Assembly (NCBI RefSeq): GCF_963975555.1
Contig: NZ_CAXBHH010000005.1
Span: 6,349-70,348 of the forward strand
Length of the DNA: 64,000 nt
Source: an uncultured Parasphingorhabdus sp.
GTDB lineage: Bacteria > Pseudomonadota > Alphaproteobacteria > Sphingomonadales > Sphingomonadaceae
Direction of reading: 5' to 3'
Numbering within the stretch: the first letter of the stretch is position 1; every line of letters starts with the position of its first letter. Positions 57,801 to 64,000 of this stretch are shown in pieces. A program made the position numbers and the translations under genes. The notes below the pieces were generated by a model. It saw only the letters and a list, made by a program, of their open reading frames with translations, searched no databases and was not told the DNA's origin.

Positions 57801-60730
57801 ACAGTGATATCGGTATCACCGTGGCGGCAGATATCAACGCAGCATTGATCGACACCGGCGGCCAGCTAACCACCGTCGGGTCAGTCGACGGTGATCTGGA
57901 AAACAGCTACACCGTGCCGGGTAGCATTGACGTCGGCACACTGACGCAAGGCGGGGATATCGATATCAACATCCTCGCGGGCGGCGACATCAGCTTTGGC
58001 CAGATCAATCTGCCTGCCGACCGCAGCATTGCGCTGACCGCCGCTACCGGCGATGCCTTCCTCGGCAGCAACAGCAGCGCGACTTCGGTCTCGGTTCTTG
58101 GCAATAATGTCGGCTTCCACAATCTTCAGTCTAGCGGAGCCATCACGCTCAACGCCACGAGCGGCGACCTGACCGGTTCCGGTCCCGGTGACCTGACGGC
58201 AGGCGGCGCGATCAATCTCGACGCTTCGAATGCGATCAATATCGGCAACGCCACGACGACAGGTATTGGACAGAGCATCAATCTGGTCGCCAATGATGTT
58301 ACCGCTGGCGCTCTCGAAACAGATAGCGGCGATATTTTGGTTTCAGCGGCACAGAATATCACGCTCGTTTCCGCTGTCACCGGAACCGGCACCCCAACCG
58401 CCGCCTCGATAGGTTTGCTCGCCGGCGGCAATATTTCCTCTACCGGAGCCCTCAATGCCGGTGAAGATGTGGCGATCCGGGCGCTGGGCGATGTCGCTCT
58501 GGGGACGGTATCCGCAGGCGACGATTTCACGGTTCAGGCCGATGGCGCGATTACGCTGGATAGTGCAACCACCAGCGGCACCGGAATCGACCTGTTCGCC
58601 TTGGCGTTCAACACGGCCAATGCCGGTCAGGCCGGATCGATCGCCTTTGCCAGTGAAACGATCACGGGCTCGAACATCCAGCTGGATAGCGGCAGCGATG
58701 TGACGGCTACCGGTGCGCTCAATGCTGATAATGATATCAATATCACCGCAACCGGAACGCCAACTGTTGCCAATGCAATCAGCGGCAGCAACACAAGCAT
58801 TTCGGGCACTTCCGTTGTGCTCAACAACGGAACTATCGGCGGCAACCTGACACTCGCCGCTCTCGCGGGCGATATCGATGGCAATGGTACCGTGGTTGTA
58901 GGCGGCGACATCGATCTCGATGCCACCGGCAATGTCGGCTTTGGCGATCTTGATGCGCAGGGAGGCACTTTCACTGTCGATGCGGGCGGTAATATAGACT
59001 TCATCAATGCTTCGAGCGGCAGCGCCATGAGCCTGAATGCTGGCGGCGACATCAACGGCGGCGATCTGACTTCCGGTGGCGATATCGCGATCGACGGCGG
59101 CAATGATGCCAATCTGGGGTTCGTTGACAGCATCACAAATGTGAGTGCCCAATTGCTGGGAGGCTTTGTTGCAGACACAGTGAGTGCGTCCCAGACGGGT
59201 CAGGGTGAAGTCGACATCAGCGCTGACAACGGAATCGATATAGCCAATGTCTCGGGCAATGACATATATCTGACCGCCGCAACCGGCCTGGTCAATGTCA
59301 CCAACAACGTCGATGTGACCAATAGCATCATCGCATCGGGCGAAGCCGTCTCTATTGTCACGCAACAAGATACGACGGTCAGCGCCGAAGCTACCAATGG
59401 TGATGTCGGGCTATTCTCGGCAGCCGGTTTGATAATTCAAGGCGCGGAAGCCACAGGCGACATCAGCATGAGCGCCGGCAATGTTCTGATCGACGGTTTG
59501 GTGAGTGCGGACAATCAACTGCTGATAACCGCGGATGGGTTGATAGACATTCAGGCTGAAACAATCGGCAACACTATTGAGACGGTCAGCGCCGATATGA
59601 ATATCGGTTCTACCGGCAGCCTTGGTCTGAACGCTTTGACCAGCGATATCCGCATATCCAGCAACGGCAGCACGCAGATGATGCTCGGCGACGGGACGGA
59701 TCTGACCGGCACCTTCTCGCTCAACAATGACGAATTCAGCCGGATCCGTTCGGGCGGCGATTTGACAATCTCCGCCGCCGAGACAGGGCTCAGCGGATTT
59801 GACCTGACGATTCAGGAGCTTTCGGCAAGCGCGTTTTCGGAAGGCAATTTCGCTGAAACTGGAAACCTGAATCTCTCAGCAGTGCAATCGATAAGGGTGA
59901 GCGGCAATCTGTCTGTACAGGGTGGTTTGGACTCTAACCTCAATCTCGCTGCTGGCGATAATCTGTTAGTTAACGCCGCAACCGGCTCCATTGCCATGGG
60001 AAATGACAGCAGTCTGTCAGGGAACCTCTCCCTCACCGCACGCAATATCTACGCGATGACGGATCAGGCTTTTGACGATATTCAGGGCATGACCACCGCC
60101 GGAATTGACGAGCGACTTGCCCAGAATGACGGCAATGTCCGGGAGAACGGATTCATTGTGGCAGACGCGATCAGCGTCACTCTGCTTGCCAGCCAGTTCT
60201 ACGTTCAAAATACCGGCAATGGCACTGACTTCGATGCCCGGCGAGGCTTTGTGGCCGGCGCTGGCGGTCTGAGCATCAATGCTGGTCCAAGTGGTATCAC
60301 ACCGATTGTCATCAATGGCACAGTCAACGGCGCAACCGGTATTGCGGCCATTCCAGCGACAACGATCACGGGAGCCGGCTACAATCCACAATCTACAATC
60401 AACGGCTGTGTTATCGCCAACCCTGCGAGTTGCGCGCCTACTCCAACACCTACTTCTGAACCGGCAATACCCGGGATAGATGATCCGGTGCAGGATGTGA
60501 TTGAAGAAGAGGTCACACCGGAGCAATATGCGGCGGATCCGCTCGCGAGCAATCTGATCGAGATCAAGGAAATTGAAGATCTGGCTGATGATCCGTTGAT
60601 CGACGAACCGGTAACCGGCGCGGGTAATGATGATCTCTGGGTGAACGGATTTGATTGCGAGCTCGATAATAGCGGAAAATGCCAGACCGAAGACGATGAG
60701 GACGAAGAAGAACTCGAACCGGCAGAATGA
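51842..60730 (+). CDS. giant TpsA / filamentous-haemagglutinin-like exoprotein, 2962 aa
   Basis: Extended signal peptide, TPS domain (VLNW, VLNRI, NGTVES, IWFYSPGGI), Gly/Asn/Thr-rich beta-helix repeats, acidic tail. Directly follows tpsB. Confidence 0.92.
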   Translation: MTTRPQSRSPKATTGPGRKKMRWLSGSSMAAAAVLLAAAPQVAKAQTPLGAPIPGLNEAHAFTPADGQAFQAGVTSPTGGAVFTGPRTTNMDQLQISLSEVVLNWTPLDTDAPTFGADGLVNNPINILPSGRTLQFVSNGTNYTVLNRILPAVAADGRPVQFNGTVESFLDLGATTPGGNIWFYSPGGIIAGATSTFDVGSLVLTTNDINTTGGLLGVGGEMRFSGIAGSKSAIIIENGAQINALNNGSSYVAMVAPRVVQGGGVNVDGSVAYVAAEQADLTINNGLFDITIGVGTSDANGIVHSGTTTGPSSTPSFNGAGAVTNADAQAIYMVAVPKNDAVTMLIGGAVGYQQAASAGIVNGNIVLSAGGNVSVGGSDVAPTNLIEENLTSTAATNIQIGGGGVTTFDSTLELFAADSITFSAESDADSIIISNDVGSQDLNLTAGNEINLNTSGGGQIFVNGDINLTAGTGATGGNINLNIDRTGFGFQANTGLRLTGDLNFDSRGIGADDFFTVIDNGGTGIGQDATGGDVTINITNGGLLDVGGNTTFLASAQGGKGEIQNGFAQAGDITFNMDGGTAQFGGNVNFNASAIDAGSGKIGGNGPGLLGSDSIAGNVGLNLSGGEMTVSGTLQITTDAERTSGSDSTVVQNNVAVAGAVDLAISGGLHNFGSVGISSVASGGESFDAGGNNIAGNLSRGAVNFAVSNSGTDVSITNNMFIDARTSGNIVSDPAIDAVTISILNTSGEGAGLNVTNEISIQTEASNGLAGSNLTSGSVSISADNGDISFGSLAVDTSSTVGFSATELSDGLIAGDIDIVAQNGGIISSGNVDLYANVTTQATEGVNAAGGNVLIHANDGFIDFTGFFNADVSAQAGATDPSTVTNAQGGTARILLEGTSPISSRIDFVDINFNSDGLIDTNLETTVPFEGDGGTGSGGSVIFDLFGGTFVAGDIVTSASGSGGRGGAIVTLPAPNVAAPFASAFAAPEDLSVVNAAFAGGVSAGDGGDGQGGDVTFNLNGGNATVTNLTISANGFGGNGANGDINNGTSGGSGGRGIGGNAVFNAQTGNLTVTNTLTVSAEGNNQNIAPYGSYGAGGYGYASDGGNGGDGIGGTATFNLDGTATINATNIVISTSADGGYGGDSTDEFSGAAPAGLGGRGGNGTGGDATFNNNAGTLGFDQLSVTSVGTGGDGGDIFGANTGEADNFGGDGGIGTGGNATININQDDLNNPVYVVDASGVGGDGGYGVDGGDGGAAFGGTAAININNATANPDDPTIMANATGGNGGEGRIDTNPSADPSITGVGYSGDGGNATAGTARLQVTGAGGNIDLGSITLEANATGGNGTDGYYRYGAGIIGGRGGSGGDASGGTVELIARTGGTLSLTSGDFTMTSTGIGGNGGDGADSADNAAGDAGNGGNATGGTGRLLAQGGTISGNNLDITTAGLAGDGGIGGIVLNPGFGTAGVDGTGGDGTGGTGIIEVQEGSPGILSFADVTINANGTGGGGPIAGVGAGGRIEISDSSTDPAGLISLGSLAASAFDAAIGTGTGSGSAPLGGFFTTANSGAVSILGDLTVDVAGNIEYDLDGDAQMTVGGNATLNSGQNILINHTNNTTSVNSIDVSSVFAATSQGDFISTDGSRINAGGSASVRAEQNATVADLAGVGLVDISALQNVAVNNAAVTGVPAVVSVGSLSYVVAPQLTINAGYDPAVSPPPIFDPSFNATITGDVTSTGFIAIGAGGNAYFRAGSNVVSDNGLAVRTGDDIIIESGASLTAANNPSTSPDASSTFTNPGNLILQAGDFTGLFGSPIGTLGTTPLTPIASIVAAGDLDANGFAVVMTANAVDGLGGTITASSISVDINDAPPTGTGQIDDNGLLSAQCLQGNVCLGTLNADNLVYIGRASNNDVIQAIIESGTVSANDILVTTRRDIVMGTTGIATVLDASNQFIVESTEGNVDLRNASVSSTSILISAVNGSLLGSGSLTSDSDIGITVAADINAALIDTGGQLTTVGSVDGDLENSYTVPGSIDVGTLTQGGDIDINILAGGDISFGQINLPADRSIALTAATGDAFLGSNSSATSVSVLGNNVGFHNLQSSGAITLNATSGDLTGSGPGDLTAGGAINLDASNAINIGNATTTGIGQSINLVANDVTAGALETDSGDILVSAAQNITLVSAVTGTGTPTAASIGLLAGGNISSTGALNAGEDVAIRALGDVALGTVSAGDDFTVQADGAITLDSATTSGTGIDLFALAFNTANAGQAGSIAFASETITGSNIQLDSGSDVTATGALNADNDINITATGTPTVANAISGSNTSISGTSVVLNNGTIGGNLTLAALAGDIDGNGTVVVGGDIDLDATGNVGFGDLDAQGGTFTVDAGGNIDFINASSGSAMSLNAGGDINGGDLTSGGDIAIDGGNDANLGFVDSITNVSAQLLGGFVADTVSASQTGQGEVDISADNGIDIANVSGNDIYLTAATGLVNVTNNVDVTNSIIASGEAVSIVTQQDTTVSAEATNGDVGLFSAAGLIIQGAEATGDISMSAGNVLIDGLVSADNQLLITADGLIDIQAETIGNTIETVSADMNIGSTGSLGLNALTSDIRISSNGSTQMMLGDGTDLTGTFSLNNDEFSRIRSGGDLTISAAETGLSGFDLTIQELSASAFSEGNFAETGNLNLSAVQSIRVSGNLSVQGGLDSNLNLAAGDNLLVNAATGSIAMGNDSSLSGNLSLTARNIYAMTDQAFDDIQGMTTAGIDERLAQNDGNVRENGFIVADAISVTLLASQFYVQNTGNGTDFDARRGFVAGAGGLSINAGPSGITPIVINGTVNGATGIAAIPATTITGAGYNPQSTINGCVIANPASCAPTPTPTSEPAIPGIDDPVQDVIEEEVTPEQYAADPLASNLIEIKEIEDLADDPLIDEPVTGAGNDDLWVNGFDCELDNSGKCQTEDDEDEEELEPAE

Positions 60731-60785
60731 TCGCGGCGAACAATTGATCGGTTGACCTTTTGCGCGGAAAGCCATTAGGCGATGG

Positions 60786-62240
60786 ATGATGAATGACACT
60801 GCTTCGCGCCCGCTAAAGCTGTTCAACAGCCTGACTCGCCAGATGGAAGAGTTCGTGCCCGTCCACCCCGGTGAAGCACGCGTCTATACCTGCGGCCCGA
60901 CGGTTTATAATTACCCCCATATCGGCAATATGCGCGCCTATATTTTTGCCGACATTCTCGGGCGCACTCTGAGCTGGAAGGGCTATACGCTCACCCATGT
61001 CATCAACATCACCGATGTCGGACATCTGACCGACGATGCGGACGATGGCGAAGACAAGCTAGAGAAGATGGCCGCGGAAAAAGCCCAGTCGATCTGGGAT
61101 ATCGCGAAACATTATACCGAAGCCTATTGGCAGGATATCAAGGCGCTCAATATCCGGCAACCGGCGCACTGGTCGATTGCCACAGACTATGTTCCGGCAA
61201 TGATCGAATATGCCAAAGGCATAGCCGACAAACATTGCTACGAGCTCGAGAGCGGTCTCTATTTCGATGTATCTACCGTTGCAGATTACGGCAGCCTCGC
61301 CCGCGCATCGACCGACGATGGCGAAGGCCGGATTGAAACAGTCGAAGGCAAGCGCAATGCTGCAGACTTCGCGATCTGGCGCAAGACACCAGAGGGCGAG
61401 AAACGGCAAATGGAATGGGACAGTCCCTGGGGCAAAGGCGCACCGGGCTGGCATCTGGAATGTTCGGTCATGTCGGAGGCCTTGCTGGGGCTTCCGTTTG
61501 ACATTCACACTGGCGGCATCGACCACCGCGAAATTCACCATCCAAACGAGATCGCCCAGAACCAGGCGCATAGCTGCTCTGATCATAGCGGCGCAAAAAT
61601 CTGGATGCACAATAATTTCCTGATCGACCGGACCGGAAAAATGTCCAAATCTTCAGGCGATTTTTTGCGGGTCCAGTTGCTGATCGACAAGGGCATCCAC
61701 CCCCTCGCCTATCGCCTGATGTGCTTGCAGGCCCATTATCGCAGCGAGTTGGAGTTTACCTGGGACAATCTGGTCGCAGCGCTGACGCGGTTGAAGCGGA
61801 TTGTGATGGGCGTGGAGCGGCTGCGGGAGAAAGCCGATGGACAGACAGCAACGATAGATCATCCCGCGCTCGTGCAATTGCGGGACAAGTTCGACGCTGC
61901 GTTGAGCGAGGATTTGAACAGTTCGAAAGGCCTGCCGCTGCTCGAAGAATTGCTTGGCCTCAAAAAATTGCCAGCTGATCAAAGGCTCCCGCTGCTGTCT
62001 GAAATGGACTCGGTTTTGGGTCTGGAACTTGATAGTCTGAAACGCGATCAATTGCGCGTTCGACCTGCAGACGTAAAAATCGATGAAAGCAGTATCGAAG
62101 CAAAACTCGACCAGCGCCAAGCAGCCAAAGCGGAAAAGGATTTCGCGACCGCCGACGCCATCCGCGATGAACTCACCACCCAAGGCGTGGAGTTGATGGA
62201 CGGCGACCCCCTGCGCTGGGACTGGAAGATAGAGATATAA
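60786..62240 (+). CDS. cysS: cysteine--tRNA ligase
   Basis: YTCGPTVYNYPHIGN, PGWHLECS, HHPNEIAQ and KMSKS. Confidence 0.98.
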   Translation: MMNDTASRPLKLFNSLTRQMEEFVPVHPGEARVYTCGPTVYNYPHIGNMRAYIFADILGRTLSWKGYTLTHVINITDVGHLTDDADDGEDKLEKMAAEKAQSIWDIAKHYTEAYWQDIKALNIRQPAHWSIATDYVPAMIEYAKGIADKHCYELESGLYFDVSTVADYGSLARASTDDGEGRIETVEGKRNAADFAIWRKTPEGEKRQMEWDSPWGKGAPGWHLECSVMSEALLGLPFDIHTGGIDHREIHHPNEIAQNQAHSCSDHSGAKIWMHNNFLIDRTGKMSKSSGDFLRVQLLIDKGIHPLAYRLMCLQAHYRSELEFTWDNLVAALTRLKRIVMGVERLREKADGQTATIDHPALVQLRDKFDAALSEDLNSSKGLPLLEELLGLKKLPADQRLPLLSEMDSVLGLELDSLKRDQLRVRPADVKIDESSIEAKLDQRQAAKAEKDFATADAIRDELTTQGVELMDGDPLRWDWKIEI

Positions 62241-62350
62241 TTTTTGGCTTTCTGTGATCCACGCCAAGACGGGGAGCAGGATGCGCAACGCTTGAATAGA
62301 AATACAGATTCCCGTCAAAACGGGAACGGCAATTTTAGGAGTATGACGCT

Positions 62351-63301
62351 ATGACCACCAAACCGAAAGCCGCAATGGCTTCCCTCGTCCGTCCACTGGT
62401 TGAACCGCATTGCGATGACCTCGATGTCACATGGTTCACCAGCACCGAGGAAGCGATGGAAATCGCGCCGCATGCCGAGATCGGCTGGTTCGACATGTAT
62501 GACAAGGAGAAGATGGCGGAGATCATCTCCGCCGCCACCAACCTCAAATGGCTCAACAGCATTTACGCCGGCGTCGAACATTTCCCGCTCGCACAGCTCA
62601 AGGCGCAGGGCACCAAGCTGACCAATGGCGCCGGCCTCAACAGCGCGCCAATCGCTGAATTTGCCGTCATGATGATGCTCGCCGCCGCCAAGCGCAGCGA
62701 TATCCTTCTCGACAACCAGCGTCAGCACAACTGGCTCGAAACGCCGCCGGGCACTGCCGAGATTGACGACAGCAAGGCGCTGATCATCGGCTATGGCGGC
62801 ATCGGCCAGCAAATCGCCAAAAAACTTTCCGGCTTTGACGTAGACGTGACCGCTGTCCGGCGCACCGCGACCGGCGAAGCCAATGTCATCGGGCTCGATG
62901 ACTGGCGCGACCGGCTCGGCGAATTTGACTGGGTCTTCGTATCGGCCCCCGCCACCAGCGACACGAAACATATGTTCGGCGCGGAAGAATTTGCCGCGAT
63001 GAAAAACTCCGCTTGGCTCATCAATGTCGCGCGCGGATCGCTGGTCGATCAGGATGCCTTGCTTGCCGCGCTCAATGACAAGACCATCGGCGGCGCTGCG
63101 CTCGACGTCACCGACCCCGAACCGCTACCAGCCGACCACCCGCTGTGGGACGCTCCCAATTGCCTGATCACCATGCATATGTCGGGGCAAGCGCAAACCC
63201 GCATGTTCCAGCGTGCCGCCGCCCGCTTCGTCGAAAATCTGAAACGCTACCGGAATGGCGAGCAGATGATCGCCGTCGCCGACTTCGATCGCGGATATTG
63301 A
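62351..63301 (+). CDS. D-2-hydroxyacid dehydrogenase family protein
   Basis: IIGYGGIG, INVARG, LDVTDPEPL and TMHMSG catalytic Arg/Glu/His. Confidence 0.92.
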   Translation: MTTKPKAAMASLVRPLVEPHCDDLDVTWFTSTEEAMEIAPHAEIGWFDMYDKEKMAEIISAATNLKWLNSIYAGVEHFPLAQLKAQGTKLTNGAGLNSAPIAEFAVMMMLAAAKRSDILLDNQRQHNWLETPPGTAEIDDSKALIIGYGGIGQQIAKKLSGFDVDVTAVRRTATGEANVIGLDDWRDRLGEFDWVFVSAPATSDTKHMFGAEEFAAMKNSAWLINVARGSLVDQDALLAALNDKTIGGAALDVTDPEPLPADHPLWDAPNCLITMHMSGQAQTRMFQRAAARFVENLKRYRNGEQMIAVADFDRGY

Positions 63302-63447
63302 GGGGGGTGACTTAGAGCCTATTTTGACTTATCAACCAAGAACATAGGGGTAAGGTGAGTCTCCTTCTCGAGGGGATAGAGAGTCATCCGGGGTCGCTGC
63401 CAATTACTCGCACAAGTACTGGTCATCACGATCAGGGAAGGACCCAC

Positions 63448-64000
63448 ATGACCAAAGCATCCGATCTTTTTGTAGAATGTCTGGAAAACGAAGGCGTTGA
63501 ATATCTGTTCGGCGTTCCCGGCGAAGAAAATCTCGACATGCTCGACAGCCTGTCGCGCTCGAAGAAAATCAAACTCATTCTCACCCGTCACGAACAGGGC
63601 GCCGGCTTCATGGCCGCGACCTACGGACGGCATACCGGCAAGACCGGCGTCTGCATGGCGACACTCGGCCCCGGCGCGACCAATCTGGTGACGGCAGCAG
63701 CCTATGCGCAATTGGGCGGCATGCCGATCCTGATGGTCACCGGCCAGAAACCGATCAAGAAATCCAAACAGGGCCGCTTCCAGATTCTCGACGTCGTCGA
63801 CATGATGGGACCGATTACCAAATTCACGCATCAGCTGGCTTCTGCGGACAATATCCCGAGCCGCGTGCGCGAAGCGATTCGTCTGGCCGAAGAAGAAAAG
63901 CCCGGCGCCACCCATATCGAATTTCCGGAAGATATTGCCGACGAGGAAACGGACTCGACCCCGATCGCGCCGAGCCTGGCCCGGCGTCCCGTTGCCGAAG
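63448..64000 (+). CDS. acetolactate synthase large-subunit family TPP enzyme (5' part; runs off window end)
   Basis: Hand-translated: MTKASDLFVECLENEGVEYLFGVPGEENLD...RHEQGAGFMA...TLGPGATNL. RBS AGGGAAGG. Confidence 0.92.
   Translation, partial: MTKASDLFVECLENEGVEYLFGVPGEENLDMLDSLSRSKKIKLILTRHEQGAGFMAATYGRHTGKTGVCMATLGPGATNLVTAAAYAQLGGMPILMVTGQKPIKKSKQGRFQILDVVDMMGPITKFTHQLASADNIPSRVREAIRLAEEEKPGATHIEFPEDIADEETDSTPIAPSLARRPVAE

Noticed and set aside
60400-60730. CdiA-type C-terminal toxin with an immunity gene
   Set aside because: No VENN/DUF637 pre-toxin motif or toxin-sized domain, and cysS follows after 55 bp with no immunity ORF.
63312-63327. TTAGAGCCTATTTTGA resembling an IS5-family terminal repeat
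   Set aside because: No partner inverted repeat or transposase in the window; too short to support.

Overview
Chromosomal window from an alphaproteobacterium, most likely Sphingomonadales (inferred from gene order, TonB-receptor types and intergenic repeat families). About 50 intact genes, with no rRNA, tRNA, CRISPR array or transposase seen. Housekeeping blocks: argS-SPOR-nagZ, ispH-thrB-rnhA, infA-maf-rng, hisG-hisD-nusB-thiL-hppA, bolA/J-domain-cobS-PBP1A-cobT, cysS and the start of an acetolactate synthase. Also present are a Tad/Cpa pilus cluster without its pilin or ATPase, two TonB-dependent receptors, a GNAT + JmjC pair and five palindromic intergenic elements. The stand-out region is 43.9-60.7 kb, a co-oriented five-gene module. 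It encodes (1) a signal-peptide-bearing TPR-CHAT caspase-like protease with an intact His/Cys dyad, (2) a CHASE2 membrane adenylate cyclase, (3) an exported protein of unknown function, (4) a TpsB transporter and (5) a 2962-aa TpsA exoprotein with a Cys-paired acidic tail. A 9/10 CRP-type box (TGTGA-N6-TCACT) lies upstream. Together these suggest an uncharacterised envelope circuit linking surface adhesin, proteolysis and cAMP. The mechanism is inference; no database searches were run.
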